This document shows positions 45,307 to 54,784 of a stretch of 64,000 nt of DNA, piece by piece. The notes beneath the pieces were generated by a model, which worked only from the letters and a program-made list of their open reading frames with translations, did not search any database and was not told the DNA's origin. Within the stretch, counting starts at the first letter, position 1, and each line of letters starts with the position of its first letter. The stretch is from assembly GCA_041671645.1 (NCBI GenBank), contig JBAZBD010000001.1, positions 265,357 through 329,356 of the forward strand, written 5' to 3'. The position numbers and the translations under genes are program-made. Origin of the DNA: Patescibacteria group bacterium (GTDB taxonomy: Bacteria; Patescibacteriota; UBA1384; XYA2-FULL-43-10; 1-14-0-10-43-13).

Positions 45307-46535
45307 AAAGAAAAACGATATTAAAATTTGCCGGAAGATTGCTAGCTATCATCTTGGTGGCTAATTTTTTGCTTCCGGTGCCGATTACGAAGGCTGACAG
45401 TTTGACTGACTTGCAAAGTCAATTGAACAAGCTCATGCAACAGAAGAAGCAGAACACGGCTGCCATTGCTCAGAAGCAGCAGGACATCAACACGCTTAAA
45501 CAACAAATTCAAACAGTTGACGGCCAGATCTCTAGCACGACCAGAGCGATCGGGACTACGGCCGAGCAGATTGATTCGACTTCTACTACAATCGCTGATC
45601 TCAAGGCTCAGATCGAACAAGAGGAAGCTAGCCTGAATAAAGAGCAGGACAATTTAAGCAGCGTCCTTTCCTCTTGGTATATGGAGGGCGATAGCAGTCT
45701 TCTCGAAGCTATCTTCATGTCAGACAATTTATCCGAAATGTTTAATCGTTCTGAATACTACGAATCTGTCCGTCAGCAAGTCGAAGTTGCCATAGAGCGT
45801 ATCGACAAGGCGAAAGATGAGCTGAATCTCCAAAAAGGCGATCAGGAGAGGAAACTGGCTGAGCTTTCTGATCTGAAAAATTCGCAGGAGAGCCAGAAAA
45901 ATTATCTAGAAAATCGCAAGGACCTGAAGAGCTCTCTACTCAATAATACAACCTCGGCGGTTTCAAGTCTGCAAACCGAACAAAAGAATACCGACTCCTT
46001 GATTGCCGACATCCAGGGTAGAATCGATAAGATTAGGGCTGCTTCCGTAGGAGCGGGCGGAGATTTGGTCTCAGCGGTTGATTCGAGTTGGTATTTCCAG
46101 CAAGACGATTCAAGATGGAAAAATGATAAAATCGGTGCATATGCCACGATTGGTGAAGTCGGTTGTTTGCTTACTTCGCTCACCATGATCGCCAAATATT
46201 ATGGCAAAAATTATGACCCGCCTAGCGCCGCTGACGCTTCAGCCTTTGTCCGTGGCGGACGATACGATGGTTCCCTGATTAGTACACCAATCGTTTCGGA
46301 TGGCCATTCTCAGACTATCGACTGGGCAGTGGTGGACAACGAGCTTGCCAACAATCGTCCAGTTGTCGTTGGTGTAGCCCTTGGCGTCGATATGGGAAAT
46401 TCCTATGGCGTTTCTCACTTTGTTGTAGTAAAATCAAAAATTGGTACTGGCAAATACGCAATTCATGATCCGTTGGGTCCTGGACGGGGTTATATGAAAT
46501 CTCAGGTCAAGGCGATGCGTATTATACGGCCATAG
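45303..46535 (+). CDS. Secreted coiled-coil FtsEX partner (CwlO/EnvC-like) with a C-terminal C39-like peptidase domain
   Basis: Signal peptide, long coiled coil, YFQQDD..W, GCLLTS, HFVVV, HDP. Confidence 0.8.
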   Translation: MKRKTILKFAGRLLAIILVANFLLPVPITKADSLTDLQSQLNKLMQQKKQNTAAIAQKQQDINTLKQQIQTVDGQISSTTRAIGTTAEQIDSTSTTIADLKAQIEQEEASLNKEQDNLSSVLSSWYMEGDSSLLEAIFMSDNLSEMFNRSEYYESVRQQVEVAIERIDKAKDELNLQKGDQERKLAELSDLKNSQESQKNYLENRKDLKSSLLNNTTSAVSSLQTEQKNTDSLIADIQGRIDKIRAASVGAGGDLVSAVDSSWYFQQDDSRWKNDKIGAYATIGEVGCLLTSLTMIAKYYGKNYDPPSAADASAFVRGGRYDGSLISTPIVSDGHSQTIDWAVVDNELANNRPVVVGVALGVDMGNSYGVSHFVVVKSKIGTGKYAIHDPLGPGRGYMKSQVKAMRIIRP

Positions 46536-46562
46536 CAAATACTATAGAAAACAGAAAAATTG

Positions 46563-47795
46563 ATGCAAATATTTTCAAACAAAAAAGGTAAAATTCGGCT
46601 AAAGCAAGCCCTATTTTTTGTCTCGACACTCCTACTTCTGGGAGCGAGTTTTTGGTTTGGCGTCTCTTGCGGGAAGGGCAACGTCCCAATTCTTCGTGAT
46701 CTATCCTCTCAGGTTGTGAACAAAGAGGAGGACAAACCGAGTCAACTTGATTTTTCAATCTACTGGGATGCTTGGAACAAACTGGTTGAAAAAGCGGTAA
46801 TCAAGCCAGATCAGCAGAAGATGATCTATGGTTCGATCTCAGGCATGCTCTCGTCGCTCAATGATCCCTATACAGTGTTTTTCACACCAGAAGATGCCAA
46901 GAGATTCAAAGAAGATATCCAGGGTGAATTTGATGGCATCGGAGTTGAATTGATCCAGAAAAATGGTATACCAACAGTGGTAGCCCCGCTTTCAAAAACC
47001 CCGGCCGAGGCGGCTGGTATCAAAGCGGGCGACTTGATCGCCGAAGTTGATGGCACCAAGACTGAGACAATGGGATTCAATGAGGTGGTTGATAAGATAC
47101 GAGGCAAGAAGGGCACTACGGTGACGCTTAAAATTGTCCGTGAGGGGAAAGACGAGCCGATTACTGTCCTGGTGGTGCGTGACACAATTATCGTCAAAAG
47201 CGTCGAGTGGGAATTCAAGGATCAGGATGGCAAGAAGATTGGAATCGTCAAAATCAGACAATTTGGCGACGATACAAACTCGCTTTTTGATCAATTTGCC
47301 GCTGAAGCGATCAAAAATAAGGCCGATAGTGTCGTGGTCGACCTAAGAAACAACCCTGGCGGCTACCTCGAATCTGCGATTACTTTATCCAGCTATTTCA
47401 TTGATGGCGGTACTATTGTCAAAGAGAAAGATCGTAACGACAATGTTCGGGAATACAATGCCAACAAGAAAGCTACTCTGAAAAATATTAAGACTGCAGT
47501 GCTGGTCAACAAAGGATCGGCTTCTGCTTCTGAAATTTTCTCCGGCGCATTGCAAGACAGAAAAGTAGGCAAGATCATCGGCGAAAAGACATTTGGCAAG
47601 GGTTGCGTTCAGGAAATTATTGAGTTGAAAGATCAATCTGCAGTCAAAATTACGGTGGCCAACTGGCTGACGCCAAACGGCCGAGCGATAAATGGTGAAG
47701 GAATTACTCCTGATATCACAATCGTCAAAACTGACGACGCCAAAACAGATAATCAACTGGATCGGGCCATTCAATTTTTGACAAAAGGGGAGTAG
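46563..47795 (+). CDS. ctpA: S41 carboxyl-terminal processing protease
   Basis: DPYT, PDZ GIG, DLRNNPGG, SASASEI, TFGKG. Confidence 0.93.
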   Translation: MQIFSNKKGKIRLKQALFFVSTLLLLGASFWFGVSCGKGNVPILRDLSSQVVNKEEDKPSQLDFSIYWDAWNKLVEKAVIKPDQQKMIYGSISGMLSSLNDPYTVFFTPEDAKRFKEDIQGEFDGIGVELIQKNGIPTVVAPLSKTPAEAAGIKAGDLIAEVDGTKTETMGFNEVVDKIRGKKGTTVTLKIVREGKDEPITVLVVRDTIIVKSVEWEFKDQDGKKIGIVKIRQFGDDTNSLFDQFAAEAIKNKADSVVVDLRNNPGGYLESAITLSSYFIDGGTIVKEKDRNDNVREYNANKKATLKNIKTAVLVNKGSASASEIFSGALQDRKVGKIIGEKTFGKGCVQEIIELKDQSAVKITVANWLTPNGRAINGEGITPDITIVKTDDAKTDNQLDRAIQFLTKGE

Positions 47796-47845
47796 AATTA
47801 AGTCATAAAGTTATCAAGTTCAGTCTGTAAGCTCTAGGAGGGGCG

Positions 47846-49729
47846 ATGCCAGATACTCAACAAAACACTAATACGCCAACAACAGCCCCGAAGGGGTCTC
47901 CTTTGGGAACGCAGACAACAACACCTGCGCCTACTTCGAGTCCGTGGGAAGAACCTTTGCCTTTGGAAGATACCAAGCCGAAAATGATGGGCACTCTATC
48001 AAAAGAGGAATCGGCCGCTGTACCAGATTCAGCGCCCCCAAAGGGGGCCCCTTCGGGGCCGGTCTTTTCGTTGCCTAGCAATCCAGAGGAAAATGTTGTG
48101 CCCAAGCCTGTAACGCCTGCTGATTTGCCGGTATCTTCCCCAAAGGGGGCCCCTTCGGGGCCGGCTCCAGCTGCGCCTCCGCCCCCTGTCCCACCTGTCC
48201 CGCCCGTAACTCCGAAGGCTCCAGCTCCAAAAGTGGAGCCAGCTGTCGCCCCGGCCGCCCCGGTCAAAGCCCCCTCGATATTTGCAAGATTGGCCAAGAC
48301 CAAATCGATCGGCCTCGAATTGTTGAAGAGCAAAGCTGATGTAACACCACCTGTTGCGGCTCCGGCCGAAAATACTGCTTCGCCTGCACCTACGGTTGCT
48401 CCGGCTCCGATAGTTGAGAAAAAGATTGCTCCGACAATTCCAAATCTGAATGAATCAAAGCCAGCAATTTCTGGCGATATTTCTCCGGCTAAGCCCGTTG
48501 CTCCTGTTCCTGCCCCTGTTGTAGTGCCTCCACCTGTCGTGGCAGAGCCTATCGCTGCGGCTGTTCCGCAAGCTGCCCCTCCTGCACCAGCAGTGGTCAA
48601 GCAGCCCAAAGCCCCAATCAAAATCTCTCCTAGGAAGCTTTGGACGGCTGGCGTCATTGTCGGTCTTTTGGCTATATTTTCGCTGATGACTTGGCTGACA
48701 GAGATTGGATTTGTCTCAGTCGGCTTGGAAAAGGTTTATGGTGCGGTTAATATCCAAGCACTTTGGGGTGGTTTGCCAGCAAACGGTGAACTTGCTCTTG
48801 GCAAATCATTTGTCGTGATGAAGGACAACCCAAACTTTGAAGTATCTGGCACGCTTGTCGTAGATATCGACCGAACCAAGAATTCTACCGTGACTAAGCC
48901 TCTCGTCTCATATTTTCCCGATATCTATGTCAAAGAAACTGTCCAGAAGGCAAAATTGGCAGTTTATACTGGTTATGATGTCGATGGCTCATCGGTGGAT
49001 GCAACTCCTACGGACACTACGACTTCGACCGACACAACGGACAGCAGCGCTACTTCAGATACAACTACAGCGGCAGATACAACAACTTCTGCTAGCTCAG
49101 TTGCGAGCTCTTCGAAGCAGGAGGATTTTCCGGCTTACCAAAACGTAACTTCAACGATCAAAGAATTGAATGCAGATGTCACTGGCAGTTTCACGGACAA
49201 TGGCGGTAGCGCCAAATTTCAGTTCAAGAAACCTGTCGGATCGACAGATGTTGAGCTCAAACAGCAGGCGGGCAAGCTTTGGCTAAAGAGCAAGATTGCC
49301 TTCACCAAGAACCAAGATGCCACCAAATGGATGGAGATGGGCATGGGCCCAGTTAAGGCGGGGAACAGTATTGTCGAGAGTCTTTTTAGCGCCTCACCGG
49401 CCGACGGTTTGTCAGCGACAGGCTCGAGGGTGGGCAATGAGAAAATTGGCAATGTTCGAACATACCACTATAATTTCAAATCCCTGGAGATCGGCGATTC
49501 GCTTATCGCCCTTGGAATCAAGAATGAAATGGTCGACAGTATCTCAGGAGACGTCTGGATCGGAATCAAGGACCAAAAAATCCAAAAGATTGATCTCAAG
49601 ATCACTCCAGCGCCGTCCTATTCAGTTACAATGCTGAAATTATCCCTAACTCTCAGTAACTTCGGTGAAGCTGAATTTGCCAAACCGCTTGCGACTGAGA
49701 TTCTGCCTGCCAGTTTTGTATCTCAATAA
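47846..49729 (+). CDS. Pro-rich membrane-anchored hypothetical protein
   Basis: Pro/Ala-rich N-terminus, central TM, beta-rich C-terminal domain; GGAGG RBS. Confidence 0.85.
   Translation: MPDTQQNTNTPTTAPKGSPLGTQTTTPAPTSSPWEEPLPLEDTKPKMMGTLSKEESAAVPDSAPPKGAPSGPVFSLPSNPEENVVPKPVTPADLPVSSPKGAPSGPAPAAPPPPVPPVPPVTPKAPAPKVEPAVAPAAPVKAPSIFARLAKTKSIGLELLKSKADVTPPVAAPAENTASPAPTVAPAPIVEKKIAPTIPNLNESKPAISGDISPAKPVAPVPAPVVVPPPVVAEPIAAAVPQAAPPAPAVVKQPKAPIKISPRKLWTAGVIVGLLAIFSLMTWLTEIGFVSVGLEKVYGAVNIQALWGGLPANGELALGKSFVVMKDNPNFEVSGTLVVDIDRTKNSTVTKPLVSYFPDIYVKETVQKAKLAVYTGYDVDGSSVDATPTDTTTSTDTTDSSATSDTTTAADTTTSASSVASSSKQEDFPAYQNVTSTIKELNADVTGSFTDNGGSAKFQFKKPVGSTDVELKQQAGKLWLKSKIAFTKNQDATKWMEMGMGPVKAGNSIVESLFSASPADGLSATGSRVGNEKIGNVRTYHYNFKSLEIGDSLIALGIKNEMVDSISGDVWIGIKDQKIQKIDLKITPAPSYSVTMLKLSLTLSNFGEAEFAKPLATEILPASFVSQ
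47886..47907. repeat. Palindromic micro-element in CDS (PKGSPLG)
   Basis: CCCCGAAGGGGTCTCCTTTGGG. Confidence 0.75.
48036..48058. repeat. Palindromic micro-element in CDS (PKGAPSG)
   Basis: CCCCAAAGGGGGCCCCTTCGGGG. Confidence 0.8.
48138..48160. repeat. Palindromic micro-element in CDS (PKGAPSG)
   Basis: CCCCAAAGGGGGCCCCTTCGGGG. Confidence 0.8.
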
Positions 49730-49797
49730 TTGGAGTATGGTGACCTTTACTATTCGACTTAGCCATAGTATATTCTTCATGACAAACAAATAAATTA

Positions 49798-49813
49798 TCC
49801 GCCAGCTGGCGGA
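49798..49813. repeat. 16-bp palindrome TCCGCCAGCTGGCGGA at the lemA RBS
   Basis: Identical to 4643-4658. Confidence 0.8.
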
Positions 49814-49822
49814 AGGAGTAAA

Positions 49823-50374
49823 ATGACTTGGTTTTTAATCATTGTTGCGGTAGCCGTGGTCGCTGTGATCGGAATTTATAACAAATTGGTCCAATTGAAC
49901 ATTCGAACCGATGAGGCTTGGAGCGATATTGACGTCCAGATGAAACGTCGGGCAGATTTGATCCCAAACCTAATTGAGACAGTCAAGGGTTACGCGAAGC
50001 ACGAAAAAGGTGTTTTTGAGGGCGTGACAGAGGCCAGAACTCAGATGCTCGGGGCAAAATCAGTTGGCGAGAAGGCCAAAGCCGAGAACATGATGGAAAG
50101 TGCGCTCAAATCAATTTTTGCCGTCGCTGAGGCTTATCCAGATCTCAAAGCAAATCAGAATTTTGCTCAGCTTCAGGCTGACTTGACTGACACAGAAGAT
50201 AAGATCCAAGCTTCAAGAAGATTCTATAACGCCAACGTTCGTGATCTGAATATTGCAATCCAGTCTTTCCCAACGAACATTTTTGCTAGCATGTTCAAAT
50301 ACAAGAAAAGAGATCTTTTTGAGATCACTAATGCCGCCGAAAAAGAGCCAGTTAAAGTCGACTTCAACAATTAA
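49823..50374 (+). CDS. lemA: LemA family protein
   Basis: WSDIDVQMKRRADLIPNL, AEAYPDLKANQNF, RRFYN. Confidence 0.95.
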   Translation: MTWFLIIVAVAVVAVIGIYNKLVQLNIRTDEAWSDIDVQMKRRADLIPNLIETVKGYAKHEKGVFEGVTEARTQMLGAKSVGEKAKAENMMESALKSIFAVAEAYPDLKANQNFAQLQADLTDTEDKIQASRRFYNANVRDLNIAIQSFPTNIFASMFKYKKRDLFEITNAAEKEPVKVDFNN

Positions 50375-50386
50375 GGAAATACCCAT

Positions 50387-50734
50387 ATGGCACTAAAGAA
50401 AATCAAAATACCAAAGATGAACTTCAAGAAGCTTGATTGGTCAAAGTGGAATTTTCGTAAGATGAACTGGCAGACAATATTGGCGGTAATTGCTTATTTG
50501 CCTGTTTTGACAATCATTTCACTTGTTTTCTCTTCCAAAAACCCATATCTAACTTTCCACGTTAGACAGGGTATTGCCCTTCACCTACTCTGGATTCTCT
50601 TCGTCTTTTCATTTTTCCTGCCCCTGATCCCATGGATTCTAGCGGTCGCTCTTTTGGCGCTCACTGTGATCGGAATTATCAATGTTGTTTCGGGTCATGA
50701 AAGAAAATTGCCAGTCGTTGGTCAATTAATATAA
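50387..50734 (+). CDS. Small membrane protein (DUF4870-like)
   Basis: IAYLP...FHVRQG...GIINV..G..RKLP. Confidence 0.7.
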   Translation: MALKKIKIPKMNFKKLDWSKWNFRKMNWQTILAVIAYLPVLTIISLVFSSKNPYLTFHVRQGIALHLLWILFVFSFFLPLIPWILAVALLALTVIGIINVVSGHERKLPVVGQLI

Positions 50735-50743
50735 GCACTCAAT

Positions 50744-51655
50744 ATGAATATCTGGAAACAAGTCGATGCTAATAAGCAGAGGAGCATTTTTCTGGTCTTC
50801 ATATTTGTGCTAGTCGTGATTGGGATCGGCTGGTTGTTCTCCAATTATTACGGTAATCCTGCGATTTTGTATTTTGCAGTCGCTCTCGCCTTGACCCAAT
50901 CATTGGTCGGCTATTATGGCGGTGACAGCATAATCTTGAGTTCTTCTGGCGCCCAGCTTGTCACCAAAAGAAGCGATCTGCCAGTGCTCTGGAATGCGGT
51001 CGAAAATATGTCGATTGCTTCTGGCCTACCGATGCCGAAGGTCTACGTCATCAACGATCCCGCGCCCAATGCCTTTGCCACTGGCCGGGATCCGAAGCAT
51101 GCCTCAATCGCCGCTACGACTGGTCTGTTGCAAGTTTTGGACAAGAATGAGCTAGAGGGCGTCGTCGCCCATGAAATGTCTCACGTCGGCAACTATGACA
51201 TTCGCCTGATGACGATTATTACCGTTCTAGTCTCCGTCATTGCGATACTCTCTGACATTTTTGTCCGTTCCCAGATATTTGGATTTGGCCGGAAGCGTGA
51301 CAACAATAGTGAGGGCGGTGGTCTGATGGCAATTTTGAGTATTGTGGCGCTGGTACTAGCACCGATTGTCGGCACTATTATCCAGCTTGCAATCTCTCGC
51401 AAGCGCGAATTTTTGGCTGATGCCGATGGGGCATTGCTGACTGGTTACCCAGCCGGATTGGCTGGCGCTTTGGAGAAAATTTCAAAGTTTAGCAAGCCCT
51501 TAGAGCGTGCCAATACTGCCACTGCTCATCTTTATATTTCCAATCCATTGGGCGGGGGAAATCCAGAAGAAAAGGAGCCTGGTTTTCTCGCAAAAACGTT
51601 TTCTACCCATCCACCGATCAAGGAGCGGATCAGATTGCTTCGTCAAATGAGCTAG
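50744..51655 (+). CDS. htpX: Zinc metalloprotease HtpX (M48)
   Basis: PNAFATGRDP, HEMSH, SRKREFLAD, STHPP. Confidence 0.95.
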   Translation: MNIWKQVDANKQRSIFLVFIFVLVVIGIGWLFSNYYGNPAILYFAVALALTQSLVGYYGGDSIILSSSGAQLVTKRSDLPVLWNAVENMSIASGLPMPKVYVINDPAPNAFATGRDPKHASIAATTGLLQVLDKNELEGVVAHEMSHVGNYDIRLMTIITVLVSVIAILSDIFVRSQIFGFGRKRDNNSEGGGLMAILSIVALVLAPIVGTIIQLAISRKREFLADADGALLTGYPAGLAGALEKISKFSKPLERANTATAHLYISNPLGGGNPEEKEPGFLAKTFSTHPPIKERIRLLRQMS

Positions 51656-51699
51656 ACAGTTTTTGATCTTGGGACAACCTCCTGGCGGAGGTTTTTTGA

Positions 51700-51728
51700 T
51701 TGACAAGAATCACTTAATGTTATATAGT
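51700..51728 (+). promoter_or_regulatory. sigma70 promoter
   Basis: TTGACA-17 nt-TATAGT, right after the htpX terminator (51677-51697). Confidence 0.75.
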
Positions 51729-51768
51729 TTCAGGTCATCGTACATGACAATTTGAGGAGGTAGTAGTT

Positions 51769-52737
51769 ATGTCTATCGGTACGAATTGGTTCGGCATATT
51801 TGTCGATTCCATAATGTCACTGGGGAAGCATGGCTTCCGTCCGCCTTTGCAGAAGATTGCAAAGGAAATCGAGCTTTGGTTCGCGGAGCATTATCCGACC
51901 GTGAACAGAAAGTTCAAAGTCTCTGTTTCTTGCCGTAGGATTCCAGTCAACGACTGTTTCTATGGCGTTGACGCTCTCCGGATCCCTCCGGACCGTCTAA
52001 CGACAGTTGAACTGAGAGTTCGCCTCCGTGGAGAACTGAATCAGTGGCAGGTTTTCCTGGCTTGTGGTGATGTCCTTACCGCCAAGAACATTTTTTCTAT
52101 CCTGCGCCCTGAGGCGATGCAATACCTCGAGCGATACGAAGGGACGTGGGAAAAGCGAGTCAAGGATAGTTCGCCCAATCCGCATCCGATTTTTCGGGAT
52201 CCAAAGAGATCGGAGAAAAATAGGAAAGCAACTTCGGAAAGCCGTATGCATACGGAGATCCAAAAGATGCTTAGCACTCCTCGGGCCTTGGCAAAGCTTT
52301 GCGGCAGCAGCGCCTACTACGCTGAGACGGATGGCTCGATCAGCAAGACAAATTTTGCTCGAATTATGAGTACCATTGTTTTGGCACAGCTGAATGATGA
52401 GGCGAAATGGCACCTGACCTATCAGTTGGTGTTTATGTGTATCGTCGATCCTATCCCGGATCGACCAGAGCTCTTCATGCCAAAATCGCTCTTTTGGGAG
52501 TATGTGGAAGAGTATCACAAGATGATGACAGGCAGCCGTCAGCGAGCGCTGGAACGGCAAATCGTAGAGGTATTTCAGAAAATCCAGGGCATTCGGGCCG
52601 AACGAGGTAATCTTCTTGCTCGGATCAGGTTGGCCGAGGAAAAAGAAGAAAAGCTGAACAACCAGCTTGCCTCTCTCGGGGCGGAGAAAGCGGAGGTCGA
52701 TTTGGCCTTAGCCCAGTTCCTCTCGAAACAAAAGTAA
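51769..52737 (+). CDS. Hypothetical protein with a C-terminal coiled coil
   Basis: GAGGAGG RBS, own promoter and terminator. Confidence 0.75.
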   Translation: MSIGTNWFGIFVDSIMSLGKHGFRPPLQKIAKEIELWFAEHYPTVNRKFKVSVSCRRIPVNDCFYGVDALRIPPDRLTTVELRVRLRGELNQWQVFLACGDVLTAKNIFSILRPEAMQYLERYEGTWEKRVKDSSPNPHPIFRDPKRSEKNRKATSESRMHTEIQKMLSTPRALAKLCGSSAYYAETDGSISKTNFARIMSTIVLAQLNDEAKWHLTYQLVFMCIVDPIPDRPELFMPKSLFWEYVEEYHKMMTGSRQRALERQIVEVFQKIQGIRAERGNLLARIRLAEEKEEKLNNQLASLGAEKAEVDLALAQFLSKQK

Positions 52738-52771
52738 TTTCATCTCGTCATCATATACTGGTGGCGAGTTT

Positions 52772-52981
52772 TTATATCCGAAAGGTGATTTTCCTCTCTG
52801 ACTTTGACACTTCCGTTTTCAGTTTTCGGATAGTGATCAGAGAGAGATCCTCGATATTAAGAATGCGGCCGTCCTCAAGCAGGATTTTGCCGCTTTTTTT
52901 GTCCTTAAATTTCCCGGTCGATGTTTCGCCGTCTTTGAATTTGAAATATAGAGGAGTGCCTTTGGGGAAGCTAGTGTGCAT
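52772..52981 (-). CDS. Small basic hypothetical protein
   Basis: 69 aa, host-like composition. Confidence 0.55.
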   Translation of the reverse strand: MHTSFPKGTPLYFKFKDGETSTGKFKDKKSGKILLEDGRILNIEDLSLITIRKLKTEVSKSERKITFRI

Positions 52982-53083
52982 ATTTTCAGAATATCACAAT
53001 TTGCAAAATAATGTTTAACATGAAAATATCTAGTTCCAGACTATATAATTTACATGTACATCTCATATCTCATGTGTTTTCTG

Positions 53084-53112
53084 TTGACATATCGTTAGCG
53101 ATTATGTATCAT
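53084..53112 (+). promoter_or_regulatory. sigma70 promoter with adjacent palindrome (candidate operator)
   Basis: TTGACA-17-TATCAT, followed by the palindrome GTGTTAACAC at 53114-53123. Confidence 0.65.
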
Positions 53113-53148
53113 CGTGTTAACACAGTGAAGCATAATCAACATACAAAA

Positions 53149-53448
53149 ATGAAACGAGAATTAGAATCACAATTAGAAACACCGGCGGCCAAGAGACTTT
53201 ATGAAGTTCTGGCGCTTATCGATAAGCCAGAAGACATGGCCAACTTTTTACGTGATCTTTTGACGCTCGAAGAAATAGAAGAGGCGAGTCGGAGATTGCT
53301 CTCGGCCAAGTTGCTCAAAGAGGGCAAGAGCATTCGCTACATTGCCAAAGAAATTGGTGTGTCGACGACGACAGTTGTTCGTATTAACTATTGGCTCCAT
53401 CACGGTATGGGCGGTTACGACCTGGCTTTGGAGAAATTAAAGTCTTAA
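53149..53448 (+). CDS. TrpR-like repressor (YerC/YecD/HisR family)
   Basis: FLRDLLTLEEI...RR...LL..G.S.R.IA...GVSTTTVVRINYWL.HG.GGY. Confidence 0.9.
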   Translation: MKRELESQLETPAAKRLYEVLALIDKPEDMANFLRDLLTLEEIEEASRRLLSAKLLKEGKSIRYIAKEIGVSTTTVVRINYWLHHGMGGYDLALEKLKS

Positions 53449-53549
53449 TTTTTCTATAAGCTCGATCGTTTCTGCCAATCAATTCCGCCTAACGGCGGTT
53501 TTTTGGTTGTGCAGAAAATTCAAAACGACGAGTGGTGAAGGGGACTGTT

Positions 53550-53855
53550 ATGAATAAGCACCTTAAAAAATTAGAACCAGGAGATCAACTCGATTTCCAA
53601 AGCAATGGCGGATATTTGCCTTGCTACTGCCTCGATGATGTTAGCGGTAAAATTGTTTTTATCGCTATGATCGCAGAACATTTTTACCAAGCCATGATGA
53701 GGTCCTATTGTAGCGGAAGTTATTGGGCTGCAAGTATAACTTGCGGAATTCCCTATAAGACCAAATCGCTTCATTTCGATGAGATAGATCATAGTATTAT
53801 TTGTCGAGTGGAGATGTTTGTTCATCCTGATTTGATGACTGGTAGGAGGATGTGA
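53550..53855 (+). CDS. Hypothetical protein
   Basis: AAGGGG RBS; coupled to the next ORF. Confidence 0.55.
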   Translation: MNKHLKKLEPGDQLDFQSNGGYLPCYCLDDVSGKIVFIAMIAEHFYQAMMRSYCSGSYWAASITCGIPYKTKSLHFDEIDHSIICRVEMFVHPDLMTGRRM

Positions 53856-53856
53856 G

Positions 53857-54411
53857 ATGAAACTTGATTTTGACAAACTGTTTGCATTATTGATTGATGC
53901 AAAGGTCGCTGACGGATTTTTGGTCACAGTCCGCGACATTATGACAAATGTGATTTTATACTCTGATCGAATATCGGTCGAGAATATCAAGGCACTTTTG
54001 TCTTGCCGTGATGCTACATATTGGCGTGCCGGAGATGATTGGGAAAGAACAGGTTTGTATATCCTTTCGGCTTGGATTGATGAAAGCAATCTTAATATTT
54101 GTTTTTTGACAGAGCCAAGACCACGTAGATCTTTCCTGAATATTCGAAACGAAAAAGGGGGGCTTTCGATGAGTAAACCCAGAAAAATCAATGATGAAAT
54201 AATCCCCGGAACTATTACCAGTTCTGTTGAGGATCCCTTGATAACTGAAAATACATTGTTTATGTGCCTCTGGACTTGTCCAGCTTGTGATATAAAAATA
54301 TATTCTCCAGTTTATCTAGATATGAACTTACAGTTGCGTCGTTGCCAGAAATGCGACGAATGCTATCCTGTTGATTTCTCAGAATACCTTAAGGAGGTAA
54401 ATCATGAGTAA
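53857..54411 (+). CDS. Hypothetical protein with a C-terminal CxxC...CxxC zinc ribbon
   Basis: AGGAGG RBS; CPAC and CQKC; overlaps the hisI start. Confidence 0.6.
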   Translation: MKLDFDKLFALLIDAKVADGFLVTVRDIMTNVILYSDRISVENIKALLSCRDATYWRAGDDWERTGLYILSAWIDESNLNICFLTEPRPRRSFLNIRNEKGGLSMSKPRKINDEIIPGTITSSVEDPLITENTLFMCLWTCPACDIKIYSPVYLDMNLQLRRCQKCDECYPVDFSEYLKEVNHE

Positions 54412-54784
54412 ATTCATCGAAGTCTCGAGTCAAGTTTTAGGACTTGATTGGAGCAAAATGTTTGGTTTTGTAATCGTGGTAATTCAAGATTCCAAGACCA
54501 ATGTAGTGCTGATGGTCGGGGTAATGAATGAAGCGGCGCTTCGCATTACCTTGGCCACCGGGAAGGTGACTTTTTGGTCTAGAACTCGAGATAAACTATG
54601 GACCAAGGGGGAAACTTCCGGCAATTTCCTAAATGTTTGTGAGATCTTGGTCGACTGCGACCGAGATACACTTCTCATTCTAGTCGAGCCAATCGGCCCG
54701 ACTTGCCACACTGGTGCCGTTAGCTGTTTTGAAGAGGCTAATGGTGAATTGCGAATCTTCAAAATGGGAGAAGAAAATGTTTGA
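54404..54784 (+). CDS. hisI: Phosphoribosyl-AMP cyclohydrolase
   Basis: FWSRTR..LWTKGETSGN, DCDRDTLL, GPTCHTG..SCF. Confidence 0.93.
   Translation: MSKFIEVSSQVLGLDWSKMFGFVIVVIQDSKTNVVLMVGVMNEAALRITLATGKVTFWSRTRDKLWTKGETSGNFLNVCEILVDCDRDTLLILVEPIGPTCHTGAVSCFEEANGELRIFKMGEENV

Noticed and set aside
53011-53148. His-rich in-frame N-terminal extension of the TrpR-like ORF as a his attenuator peptide
   Set aside because: It starts upstream of and overlaps the predicted promoter (53084-53112), has no consecutive His codons and is not a separate leader ORF.
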